Source: Glaucostegus cemiculus
Lineage: Eukaryota
Assembly (NCBI GenBank): GCA_976551045.1
Contig: CDPCPM010000029.1
Coordinates: 11,780,001-11,844,000 of the forward strand
Length of the DNA stretch: 64,000 nucleotides
Direction: 5' to 3'
Every line of letters begins with the position of its first letter. The first letter of the stretch is position 1. Below, one piece after another: positions 50,063 to 61,924 of the stretch. The notes beneath the pieces are model-generated. The model did not search any database and had not been told where the DNA came from. It was given only the letters and a program-made list of their open reading frames with translations. The position numbers and the translations under genes are program-made.

Positions 50063-50880
50063 TACCTCAGCATAAGATCCAGGCTGTTTTGGCTCCCAGG
50101 CCTGGTTTAAATCTTGCCATCCAAGGCCTGACCCACAATTGACAGGAATTTACGAAAGATTGCGCATCTGAAAGCTTTCCCCTGCAGCATATTCAGAGAA
50201 TCTTGACTTCAGTGAGCAAGACCATGTTGTGACCTATCCATTAACTAGTCTTCAGGGCTGCATTGATTTGCAGTAACTCTTGGTGATAAGTGTTCCTTTC
50301 CCTTTCGGTCACACTTCCAGACAACACCACCCTATCCAGTATATTCAGTAGCTCTGTTGCTAGCATGTAACCATTAACTTCTAAATGACATTTTACTGTG
50401 AATTATCTCTGACCTGGATCTAGCAGGTTCAGTAGCTTATGATCTGAGCTGCCTGCTCACTGCACACCATTTACCAGGCAGTGACTGCTAATTTCATTTT
50501 CACATTCTGATATCTTTATCTCTTCTGTGCATCTCCAAATCAGCAAAAGGAAAGCTATTGTCAAATTAATCCCCTAATGCACAATTGTTCAGCATTTGTT
50601 TCGAATACCCATGGTTAAAAGTGGAAACAACATGAGAACTGGAGTGTGGAATATTAGTGTCTTGTGTATGGTTGCGTCCAAACCAGATGCTTCAATGCCT
50701 CCTGCTTTTTTGAGTAGAAGTTGAAGTGATTTCAAAGGATAAAATTGGTCCTGAAAAGGAATGCATAGCACTTTTAAGAAATATTTCCCCTGCATTGAAA
50801 CAAGGGAGTTCAATATCATAAATTAAACTATTGAATTGCACTGCAATGGTTTTTTGATCCATTTTCTCCTCTTGTCCCAG

Positions 50881-50972
50881 GCCTACACCCTTCAAAGGCA
50901 AAGGTGGAAATTCAGAAACACTTGTCAACATTCAATAACAAGGAACAAGGTTCAATTTTTGAGGGGGTTCAG
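50881..50972 (+). CDS. TBC1D1: TBC1D1 coding exon, 92 nt, phase 1-0
   Basis: cttgtcccag|GC...CAG|gtaatt. Translates (G)LHPSKAKVEIQKHLSTFNNKEQGSIFEGVQ. Its phase complements the previous exon. Confidence 0.94.
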
Positions 50973-52471
50973 GTAATTTAAAGTTCTAATTATGAAAAAA
51001 AAGCAAACAAAACTTTTATGTGTTGAATTATTTTTGTTTGAAAGGGTGTGTATTTTTATTCGATTTTTAACTCCTGTTTTCCATGTACTTTCATGTGAAT
51101 GTTGTGCTTTAAGTTATGATCAATAAGCTATATTTTAAATGTTTCAAAGTATTTTTGGTTGCAGTTTTGCTAACTCTGATCTTATAAGCTGTTAGCCCAA
51201 AATTATTCCTTGGCTTGCTCCACTGAAACCGGAGGATAATGGTTAATACCCATTGGTAATAACAAGAAAATATTGGGAGGGGGGAAGGAATGTTTGTATC
51301 AGTTTATGGTTTAATTAATGCTGCCAGCCAGCAAGCAGCTTCCTTTAACTTTTTAATCCTGAACTGATTACCATTTCTGGTAATGTTAAGATCATTATTT
51401 TTTTTGTTCCCTCTCCTAAGATTGCCAGCTTTTACCTATTGTAGGTTCTTGAAGACATAGTAATGATCACTGTTTCCCAAGTTGTGCCCACTTGTTAGCT
51501 TTTCATTCTCGGGTGGTGGAATGGAAACTGAACTGCATAAAGTTTTTGCTGAAATCAGTGGCTCAGGGAGAGCTTGGTGTCTTGATGTGCTCTTCAGCAA
51601 GCCTGGAGAAATGAAAGGAGCAAACAACCTTGCATCATCTGTGGCAATGAAGACATTGAGTTAAGATGACAAATACAGAAGTTAAGGGGGATTTTTGTTT
51701 GATTCTATCAGTGGTGTAGTCAGAAATATCGCATTTCAAAATTAATTGGGTGAGAGTTTGAGGAGCCTTGCAGTCTGAGTGGGAAAAGGTAATTTAATTG
51801 CACATTTTTGGCATCCTTAGATAAAATGGGCCAAATTACCTGTTTCTGTGCCATAAATTTCTATGATTCTTTTAAGTGATTATCATCCTTATCATATTTA
51901 AAGAAAAAAACGAATTGCTTTTCTGATATTCTTTAAAGAAGGTAAGCTACTATCTCTATCTGCCCCAGATGGGGTGGCCTTGTAGCATTGGTGATTGTAA
52001 ACTATCAGCAGCTCCCCAGAAAAGATATGTACAACCTTGTCTCTTTTGACAGTGCAGTATGCTATTTGTAAATAACTTTATACCACCTAACCCCTACTCC
52101 CTTTGTATATTATCAAACGTGCTCTCAACATCCAATTGAGAGGAATCTGGCAATAAAATCCAAAGCAATACCAATAAGCAAAACTTGATCTTATTCTTTA
52201 CATGAACCTCAATGGCAGGTTAAGTTAATGACTTCCTTTGTTCCTGCTGCTTTGGTGCCTTAACTTTTTTTTTAGTTAAGAATATTGTAGGTAAGTTCTG
52301 GATAGCTGACCTAAGCTTGGCATTTCAAATGTGCAGCTGCAGTCTCTCGCCCTAGTCTCATAACTGAAATAATTTTCTAGGTCTGCCTTGGCATACTGCT
52401 GGTTGTCTGGCCTATTTCTCAGATGATGCTTATTTGAAAATATTTCATCAAAAACTCTTGACCATTTTTAG

Positions 52472-52582
52472 AAAATGAAACCAAAAGATGAACTGGAGGA
52501 AAACGAGCTTGTTCTTTCAATGCTGCGACAGCTGTATGAAGATAAACAGAAACAGCATGTCCACAATGGAGATGCAAAACAG
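52472..52582 (+). CDS. TBC1D1: TBC1D1 coding exon, 111 nt, phase 0-0
   Basis: catttttag|AAA...CAG|gtatgt. Translates KMKPKDELEENELVLSMLRQLYEDKQKQHVHNGDAKQ (compare KLRPRNEQRENELIISFLRCLYEEKQKEHIHIGEMKQ). Confidence 0.94.
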
Positions 52583-52865
52583 GTATGTAACCCCACTGGC
52601 CTTGAGCAATCAAGAATCTCATTCGCATCTTTGAAATAAAAATGGTCTGATACAGCTAAGTAATAACTTCAGCCAGTGCCTACTCAATATAAGTGACTTG
52701 GTTTAAGAATCATCGCTTTGGATTGTGTTTTTTTTCCCTGTAATTTACCAAGGAGAAAGAGAACAAACTGATTCACTTTGAATCAGGGATATTGGATTCC
52801 AACGGGAATGTTGGCCTTGGACTAGGGTGGTTAATGTGGTTTCCATGATCTTGCATTTACTTCAG

Positions 52866-52997
52866 ACTTCGCAAAGCTGTCCTCAGCAGTCCAATGCCAG
52901 TGAGCAACAATCTCTCTCTGCCCGTTTCAAGCTGGACAACCTGAAAATCAAAGCGAAAAAGTCATTGGCAGAATCACTGGAGAACATTCTTTCGATG
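52866..52997 (+). CDS. TBC1D1: TBC1D1 coding exon, 132 nt, phase 0-0
   Basis: ttacttcag|ACT...ATG|gtgagc. Translates TSQSCPQQSNASEQQSLSARFKLDNLKIKAKKSLAESLENILSM (compare RFRLDMLKNKAKRSLTESLESILSR). Confidence 0.94.
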
Positions 52998-53111
52998 GTG
53001 AGCATTATTTAAATCAATTTACTGATTACAACACAAAGGGAGACCATTTGGTCCACTGGGGCCATTCCAACTCCCAACAGTCTCATTCCTCTTCCCCTTC
53101 CGTGAATCCCT

Positions 53112-53366
53112 GCGGCACGATAGCATAGCGGTTAGCGCAACACTGTTACAGCGCCAGTGATCGGGGTTCGATTCCCGTCGCTGACTGTAAGGAGCTTGTA
53201 CGTTCTCCCGTGTCTGTGTGGGTTTCCTCCGGGTGCTCCGGTTTCCTCCCACATTCTAAAAGACGTACGGGTAGGTTAATTTGGGGGTTTAAAATGGACG
53301 GCGCGGACTCGTTGAGCCGAAAGGGCCTGTTACCACGCTGTAAATAAAATTAAAAGTTAAATTAAA
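53112..53366 (+). mobile_element. Young full-length V-SINE (HE1-like) nested in an older minus-strand V-SINE (about 53030-53600)
   Basis: A box TAGCATAGCGG, B box GGTTCGATTCC, V domain GGGTTTCCTCCGGGTGCTCCGGTTTCCTCCCAC, tail aaagggcctgttaccacgctgtaaataaa. Confidence 0.9.
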
Positions 53367-53934
53367 TTATCCTCTCAATGCCCATCCACACCCCCTTTTG
53401 ATTTTTTTTTTGCCATTTATCTACACTAATTAATAATTTAGTGGCTGATTTAACCTGTAGGTCTTTGGGATGGGGGAGAAAACTGGAGTAGCTGGCAGTA
53501 GTTCACCCATTCACAGGTAGAATGTGCAGATTCCTCACACAAAGTACCTGAGGTCTGGATCGAACCCAGGTCCCTGGAGCCATTCCACCCCGCTGCAATT
53601 TTTGCTTAAAAAAATCACATGCCATGTGTTTTGGATAACACTTAGGGAAACTATTTCAGTTGATCATTATGAGAGACATTTTGATTTGCCATAGTTCCAG
53701 AATGACTTTGATCTCCCACGTTGCATGATCCAGTTACTACTCAGTGTCACAAAGGCACAGACCTTTAGCTCCCTATCGTCCACTCCAAGCATTAACCACT
53801 CTCGGTGTGATAAACTTCAAACTAGCTGACCTAAATTTGGTACTTCCTAATTTGAATATGTAGCCTCTTGTCCTGAACACTCAATTCAAGCAATTACCTT
53901 GACCTGCCTTTTTCACACCTACTGCTCTCTTGCA

Positions 53935-55105
53935 TTTGAGGAGAGAACTAGGAAGATTGATGCAGACAGGGCAATAGATGTTGTCTCTATGGACTTTAAT
54001 AAGGCATTTGAGAAGATCCCATGTGGTAGACTGGTCCAGAAGGATAGAACGTGCTTGTCTTCAGCCACATGGGGTCTAAGACAAGCTGGGTGTTTGGTTC
54101 CAAAACTGGTGAGGTGACAGGAGGCAGAGGGTGATGAATGCCTTTCTGATTGGAAGTCTGTGACCAGTGGTGTACCACAGGAATCAGTGCTGAGACCCTT
54201 GTTGCTTGTGATTACAGCAACTTGGATATGAATGTAGGAGATATGATCACTAAGTTTGCAAATGACCTGAAAGTTGGTGGTGTGGATAGTGAAGGAGGAT
54301 ATAAATGCAGCAGGATATAGACCAGACAGAAAGTTGGGTGAAGCATTGGCAGGTGGAATTTAACCCCCCACAGTTGTGAGATGATGCATTTTGGGAAGTC
54401 AAATGGCGAAGGAAATGTACAGTGAAATGGTAAGGAATGATAATGAGCAGAAGTCCATAGTTTCCTGAAGTGGCAACACAGGTAGTCATGGTTACGGCAT
54501 GCTTGCCTTCATAGCTTGAGGCATAGGATATAAAAGTTAGGACGTTATATTGCAACTTTACAAAGTGCTGCTTAGAGGGATCTCGGAGTGATAAGATATG
54601 TTTATTAGTCACATGTACATTGAAACACACAGTGAAATGCATATTTTGCGTAGAGTGTTCTGGGGGCAGCCCGCAAGTGTCGCCATGCTTCCAGCGCCAA
54701 CATAGCATGCCCACAGCTTCCTAACCCACACATCTTTGGAGAAACTGGAGCACCCGGAGGAAACCCACGCAGACACAGGGAGAATGTACAAACTCCTTAC
54801 AGACAGCAGCCGGAATTGAACCCAGGTTACTGATGCTGTAAAGCGTTATGCTAACCACTACACTACAGTTCTGGTTGCCAGACTGCAGGAAGGATGTAGT
54901 TGCACTGGAGAGTGCAGAATATATTCACCAGGATGTTACCTGTATTGGAGCACATTGTATAGACTCATCTTGTTTTCCTTAAAGCAAAAGAGGCTATTGG
55001 GTGATCTCATAGAGGTATATAAAATTGTGATTGGCATAGATAGGGTAGTAACTCAGAATCTTTTTCCCACGGTGGGGGTATTAAATACAAGAAGGTATAG
55101 GTTTT
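53935..55105 (+). mobile_element. CR1 LINE RT/3' fragment interrupted by a V-SINE
   Basis: Remnants RAIDVVSMDFNKAFEKIP, accagtggtgtaccacaggaatcagtgctg (SGVPQ.SVL) and aagtttgcaaatgac (KFA.D). Confidence 0.82.
54591..54867 (-). mobile_element. V-SINE, alternative-tail subfamily, nested in CR1
   Basis: Closely matches 20147-20440. Confidence 0.85.
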
Positions 55106-56273
55106 GCTTTTAACCTTGCCAAAGGAAGTTGAATCTCACCCATTAAACCACACTAAGACAATGACTAGGATAGGAGAGCAACAGATTGTGAGTCATAATT
55201 CTTGCTGTTCATCTTCCCACAGTGCTGCCGGTGGCTAGATTAAAATTAACAGACAAGATTTAACAACCGATGAGTCAGCTTTGTTGCATTTTGAGTCAAA
55301 CGATCCCAAACAAACCCCTCTTTGACTAAGATCGCAATGGTGTTTATACCCCTGAAACTACATTTATGAAAATACTGACCAATGATGCCACCTACAGGAC
55401 TGCAGCAGTAATTCTGTGGCATAATGGGCATTATTGACCTGGAACAAAGCATAAAATATTCAGTGGGGGCATCTCACAATAATAGCAATAGAGTTTGGCA
55501 GAAAGTATTTGAGAAAGAAATGATTGAACTGAAACTGTGGTTGGCATCTTGTTCAGATCCACCAGTGTTCATGCTGTGGTAAGTCTTGGCATTGTCATGC
55601 ATGTAGCCCGCATGACCAGCTGATCCCATCTCAAGGGCACCAAACTGCCAAGGATACAGAACTTGAGGCGATTAACATGGTGAGACATGTTCCAGTGTCT
55701 CAGCCAGTGATGCAGGAGTTTGAGGAGCTCCATCAGTGTGGAGCTTCCAGCAGGGTTCTAGCTTTGTAGAGAAGAAATGCTGTTTCATGCAGTGTAAGTT
55801 GTTGCTTAAATAAATTGCCTTTACTTGTTACTGGTTTAAGCTTCTGGCAATCCACCAGTATTTGAGAGTGAATCAGAGAAGATACTGAGACAATGTCACC
55901 TTTTGCTGGAAGAAAATCCTAAGAATGGTTTCTTGGATCCAGCCTGAAAGCCTTGGCCCTTCTTGTAGGGGATATGTAAGAAAGGATCTCAGTGCCAACA
56001 CCTGCATGGTGACAGCCCCTTTTCTGCTGTTGAGCAGTTTATGGCTTCTGTTCAATGACACCTTTTATTGGATGCACAGCATTAAGTGCTTAACTATAGG
56101 ATTCTAAACATATGTGCTCTGTAAGGCACTGTACAATGGGCAATCAGTGAGCCCCATGTACTAAAAGCATGACTTTCAGTGTTTTTGAAAGCTCCAAATA
56201 ATGCAAAGTTCTCTAATTATTTGTAGCGAGGTTGAATTTATGATGTAATTACTTTGTATTTCTTTTGCTACAG

Positions 56274-56357
56274 AGAGGGTCTCGCCTCAAAAGCCAAGCC
56301 AGTGCTGGAAGTACAGTAACAGATAAAACATCTTTGAGTCTATCAAACCTATCCAAG
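56274..56357 (+). CDS. TBC1D1: TBC1D1 coding exon, 84 nt, phase 0-0 (poorly conserved Ser-rich linker)
   Basis: tttcttttgctacag|AGA...AAG|gtgagt. Open frame RGSRLKSQASAGSTVTDKTSLSLSNLSK ends like mammalian ...STLSNTSK. Position and phase fit. Confidence 0.85.
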
Positions 56358-56935
56358 GTGAGTTATCTGTATCATAAGTAATTCCAAGGTGAGTTCAGGG
56401 TACTTGGCTGTTCACTCAGTGATGTTACACAATTTATGCAGTAGTTTTCCACAGTGGATGTAGTGTAGGTTTAGTTCTAAAGAAAGTTTGTAGCAAAACC
56501 CCTGGCGAAGATGGTTTATAAATCCGTACTTCCTTTTTGTCTTTTCTCTGTTGTCTTATTGGATGGCACTCTGCTTGTGTGAATTACCCATAATGGCTTC
56601 TTCTCCCACAGCAGTAGCTCTGTGTCCCCACAGATTTGTACTTGTCTCCCCCCCCCACACACTTTTATTTGTATCTACATATTGACCTTTGGTGACAACC
56701 CATCTGAAGATGCCACTCCTCGTACGCCTCACTATGTTTACGTAGTCTCTGATTTGCCACAGCACTTGTTTGACATCTATTACTGAATGAGCTGTGATTT
56801 CTGATGACTCCCAGCTCTGTCTGTGGCCTCTCTCAGCTCAATTACTGCAGAAGCCCACAACTATGCGCATCAACTATGTCAATGCCCTCAAGGCTGGTCA
56901 TCTGTTTTCTGCCATCCGTGAAACTGAGCTCGTTC

Positions 56936-57095
56936 AAACTCTTCTTCCCATTTTCTAACTCACACCATGACACATTCAGCCTTGTGCTTGTAGCATTAAG
57001 TTGGTCCCAGGCTTAAAACTCTTCTTCCCATTTTCTAACTCACACCATGACACATTCAGCCTTGTGCTTGTAGCATTAAGTTGGTCCCAGGCTTA
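56936..57095. repeat. Perfect 80-bp tandem duplication
   Basis: 56936-57015 is identical to 57016-57095 (aaactcttcttccca...ggtcccaggctta). Confidence 0.95.
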
Positions 57096-59196
57096 GAGTA
57101 CCTTTCCTTGTTTTTGAATTCCTCCATGGCCTTGTTTTCTTCTGTAACCCCTTTGAGCCTAGTACTCCTCCAGGATAATCTGCACTGCTCTAATTTTGTC
57201 TGATCATCGCCAGTTTTAATTATTCTACCACTGATAGCAGCCTCTCCACCTCCAGCAACTGTGTTATTAGGAAGTCCCTCTCTACCTTGCTTTTCTTAAG
57301 ATGTTCATTGAAATCTAGTTCTTTGTCACCCATCCTAAAAGCACTTGATGTAGCTCAGTGACAAATTTTGCTTGGTACTGCTCTTGTGACATGCCTTAAA
57401 CTACACTGAAGTTGCTTTGTACGTGCAGGTTGTTGTTGTAATCAGTTTTATCATTGAGGTAGATCTTTTGTTTAAATTCACAGTAACGGAGATTTGGTTT
57501 TCTTACAACACGTACATCAAGTAACGGCATCAGATCATTTATGCAAGCTCACATGTTTTGTACATAAAAGCATAAGACACCTTTTTATTGGATGCACAGC
57601 ATTAATTGTTTAACTAATAGGATTCTAAACTTATGTGCTCTGTAAGGCACTGTACAATGGGCAATCAGTGAGCCCCATGTACTAAAAGCATGACTTAGTG
57701 TTTTTGTAAATTCCAAATAATCTGATGCAAAAAGGTGCAATGAGCCAGTCAGTTTGCCTGTCTGAAAGTCAAGTCTTACTTCTATGTTTACTGCAACAGC
57801 TAACAGCAACAATTCTGCTTTCCGTTTCCAATATACTGGCGTGCCTAATATTTAATCTGGAAGAGTATTCATTTGAAATCTACTGGTTTGAACTAGAATC
57901 TGCTTTGATTGATCTATCTGGGGAGCCCGTGTTACAGTGTTTCATAATAAGTATTAAGTTTGCAGACCTCTAATCTGGTTCATAATAGTTCTTTATGTTA
58001 GGTTGGTTGCACGGGGTTGTAAAATATGTTAATAGTGACTCTTGACAACAGAAAGCCAAAACAAAGTGGATGTTACTTTGTTCATTGATGCTTGAGTAAG
58101 GATGTGGTGACCCTGGACCCTTTTTAAACTGTATTCATTAGTAGAGGCCTACAGGTGTACATGTAGGTGGCAGGAACAGTCTGCAGAGTAAAGCTAATTT
58201 AAATAAATGTGGTGAGGGGGAAGAAAGAATCATAGAAGAAGAGACTGGCATGATTCTTCTAAAATTGGTGCCATCCTAGGAAAACATTTAGACTGATGGA
58301 AGCTTGTATCATCCTGCCCCACACTGGGGGTCTAGAGCTGCTTACCCACCATCTTGTGGCAGCACTCTGTAGTTGCATAAGTGACTGAGTGTTATGCTGA
58401 TGCCCAAATAAGGGAGAGGCATGTCTTTAAATAGCAACTCTAATATATTGCTATATAGATCTGTACAAAGAGATCTGTACTACTAGTGTAAGTATCCATT
58501 CTGTCCTAAAGACAGCCCGTCTGTCACAGTGGTGCTGGTAATTTTAAGTGATGAAGTAAGGGGGCAGGAATGCCCGGGAAATCTGGCAAGTCAGAATGTT
58601 TGGATTAGGCTGTAACATTGAACTGCAAGTCTCACGTCTGTGTGGGTCTGAGTCCGTATATGTGTGTGAGGGAATCTTCTGTTTGCCTTATTTGGAAGAA
58701 TTCTGCAGGTCATTGTCAAGCCACTAGATGGTGCGTCTTCCACCAGCAACAACTTTCTTAATTAACCTAATGTTACTCTGCGTGGCCCAAAAAAAGCCAG
58801 GGTTATTTTAAAATTTTAAAAAGACACTTTTTTTTAAACATGTTCCATTCTGCTGTTATTAGGAACTGTTATTTTATTTTTAAATAATCCCTTTTGAAAT
58901 GCATGATCAAAGAGGGTATTTTTGTTAGATCATTACTTAAAGGGCCTTTCCCATTTTCAACTGGAGAAGCCGGTACATCTCCAGTAAGGTATGAGGAACA
59001 ATGGTTGTGGAGGCCATTGTCTCCCATCAGGTGGTGGGTGTGTGATTATAGGGGTTGTAGAGAATGGGAAGAAAACAAAATAATGAAAATCAACAAGAGA
59101 AGAAAATATTTAAATACACATTTTGAGATTAAAGACCAGTAAGTCACAGAAGAGGTGGCTGATTACTTGCATGTAATTGCTGTTGTTTCCTGACAG

Positions 59197-59459
59197 GATA
59201 TCACTTTGGATGAAAGTGAGGACGAGGTGGTGGCTATTAGTCCTATAAAGTCTCATGGTTCCACAGGGAACCTGCTGCAAGACTCAGATAACAGCACTGA
59301 AGCAACTCAACCAGCATTTCGAAGACGAGCCAATACCTTCAGTTACATGCCTTCCAGTGATGAGCAACCACAGCAGATCATCACGGAGACCCCATCCTTT
59401 CCCAAACCAAAACTGATGAGGTATCATTCAGTGAGCACAGACACACCACACAAACAAAA
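59197..59459 (+). CDS. TBC1D1: TBC1D1 coding exon, 263 nt, phase 0-2, with the Akt site RRRANTF (human Thr596 equivalent)
   Basis: tttcctgacag|GAT...AA|gtaaga. Translates DITLDESEDE...QPAFRRRANTFSY...KLMRYHSVSTDTPHKQ (compare QQAFRRRANTLSH...KLMRYHSVSTETPHER). Confidence 0.95.
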
Positions 59460-59779
59460 GTAAGATTTTTGATACTTTACAGATAACATCCCGCTCGTTA
59501 TATTTTTAAAAAATATTGCCTTGTAAAATTCTTTCTATAAGAGTCTTTTAATTCTCTGTTACCTAAAGTGTATGCTGTATGATATACTGGCTTTAATTTA
59601 AAACTGACCAATCAATATTATGAAGCCTTTTTGACAGTGTTTCTGTTCCCGCTGTAAAGCTCCATGCTTCCATTTGGAGCCTCTCTTCTGGAGCTACACT
59701 GATTGGGTTGTTCAATTCCTGGTCTCTGAAGGGTTGTCCCCACCCACTCTATGACGGTGGTGCCATCCCCCTCCCTCAC

Positions 59780-60290
59780 CTTCCATTCTCTTCAAGACTG
59801 TGTACATCCTCCTCGTTTCTCAAGTGCTTTGTCCTCTCCATTAGCAAGCTCCCCGCTACTGCTGCTGAAACCCAGATCCATGCTCTTCTCTCATCTAGAC
59901 TGGATAAATTCTAAGGCCATTTTTTTGCTGTTCTTCCTGTGTTCACCCTTCGTTACCTCCAGTCTAAAATACAGTATCCGTCTCTTGTTCTACTCTCGGC
60001 CCTACTCCATCTTCACCTCCATCCTCCAGAACCTCTGTTCCCTTTGCACCAGATCCACCTAGGATCTACATACACCCTCATCTCACCGTTGTGTGCAGAG
60101 CTTTCAGTCACCTAGCTGCACATTTTAGTCCTCCTGAGCAAAATCCTTCCAGTTCTCTAGTTTTCCTCCCTTATTTCCTTTTCAAAAACCCACTTTTTAA
60201 CCAAATGTTCCTCCTAAAACAATCTCTTAGTTTATTTTCATCATTACATGCCTGGGATTTTTTTGTGTACTGTTGACAGTGAGGAAATGT
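59780..60290 (+). mobile_element. L2-clade LINE 3' remnant (similar remnant about 56780-57440)
   Basis: AAETQIHALLSSRLD resembles the L2 ORF2 C-terminal AETLIHAFVTSRLDY motif. Confidence 0.6.
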
Positions 60291-61222
60291 TTATATGCCA
60301 TGAACTGGAATGAAATTTCATGTCACGGTTTTTACGGATGTAGGGATATCTTTACACAATATATGGATGAGATTAAATGTAATTATTAGGGAATAGAATA
60401 CCAGTGGATATGAAAATTTCCATTCCATAAAAATAGCTTAAAGGATTCATTTAGATGTGTAGGAGTGAAATATTCACCTGGGTCAATTAGTAGAGAATTG
60501 AATTTCATATTTAGTGAGATGCTACACTGCAATGAAGCATCCTCATTGAGATGAGGGAGGAAGGTTTATTTGGCAATGCAATGTTGCTTTTGTCTGTACA
60601 TGGTTGTGCAACCATCTGTGGGCTGGACTCTCTTTTCCTATTATTACACTCTCTTCTGTAATTTGAAGTGGGAAGATTTTGGAGAGGAGTCTGCTTCAGA
60701 AGGATGTTAAATGTTATGTGCTCTTCCAGTGTTTTGTTTGTGGGTTGCTTCCCATTTTGCCATCATTAATTTTTTCAAAGTCAATACAGCTCGATCTTCC
60801 CGTTCCCATTGCCATGACAGGACCTTTCTCGGAGGGCTTTCGTATTTTACGAAAAGGCCTGGGCTAGAAATGTTACACTGCATATCCGATAATGACTTCT
60901 GTGCAGGAGGGAGGCCCTGAGCCTTCCAGAGGACTAAGTGGATGTTCTGATCCCCATGGACCACTATATCACTTGCCAATCACATCTGGTTTTGTAGGCT
61001 GAGGAACCTCCTGGGGAACTTCAACCTGCTGCAAGATGAGCAGCATCAAACACCCAATGCAGACCATTTGTACTATAGTGTCCTCTCAATTAAGGTGGAA
61101 CCTCTTGCACTTTATAACGACCAATATCAATCAATGCTCCTTAATTAGAAACCTCCATCAACTTGAATTCTTTTCTGATTCTGGCTGCTTGTCTTTATTT
61201 CTCCTGTTTGCTGCACACGTAG

Positions 61223-61381
61223 CCTGAACCTATCAAATGGTAACACTAACAGCAAATGGGCACACCCCAGGTTGCACAGGTCTGTAGATCACCTGCGGGC
61301 TTCAACCTCCACTCCAAACTTTTTTAAGTGTTTGAAGACAAGTTCCACTGGAAGGGATGGTGGGCTGATGTTGAAAAAAAG
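61223..61381 (+). CDS. TBC1D1: TBC1D1 symmetric cassette exon, 159 nt, phase 2-2, homologous to the long (muscle) isoform insert
   Basis: Pyrimidine tract then cacacgtag|C; donor AG|gtgaga. Open frame (N)LNLSNGNTNSKWAHPRLHRSVDHLRASTSTPNFFKCLKTSSTGRDGGLMLKK resembles recalled mammalian RLNPSASSPNFFKYLKHNSSG. Phase matches the upstream exon. Not present in the ORF track. Confidence 0.85.
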
Positions 61382-61924
61382 GTGAGACCACTTGTTTTTG
61401 GATGTAGAGGTGTGTCTGGATTGTGTTTTGCCTGCTGGATTGCGTTTTCAGTATCGCTTACAGCATGATGTTGTGTGCTGGCTAATTATTGCAAGAGCCA
61501 AACAATTAGTCAAATGCTAAGGCAGGCAGGGCAGTTGCAGAGTAGGCATTAAACACTTGCTTCTGGTAAAGATGAATGTGGGCTGTGAGATTGCTGAATA
61601 AAAACAGGAGGTTTATTTCATTATTTTAACATGTAAATGAATGCATTAAAAACGCCTACAGAATGTTATTTCTTTCCAAAAAGATTTTTTCCCCAAGACT
61701 TTATTTTCATGCCCTTGTCCCCTTTATTGTTTGTTTCATCAATTCTGTTGCAAAACAACTTGGGTGAAAGGGGTCATTCGTACATAGGGTAGCTTTAATA
61801 AAGCTGTGTGGTTGAGGTGTGCTGCCCGCTGCCAGCACATTTATTTGTGTTGTTTTCTTGTATATGCATTAGTGTTTTGACGAGTAACCAGCACAAACTT
61901 CGGGAACCTAGTCTGTCTTTTTTT

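Noticed and set aside
56271-56277. Alternative acceptors in CAGAGAG
   Set aside because: The other AGs shift the frame by 2 or 4 nt. Only the first preserves the reading frame.
35776-59459. Calling the gene TBC1D4 (AS160)
   Set aside because: The diagnostic peptides VPEII..IRQAGK, IGQSEVYLISPDTKK, QCTNEAL, RRRANT and KLMRYHSVST match TBC1D1, despite the Ser341-like motif.
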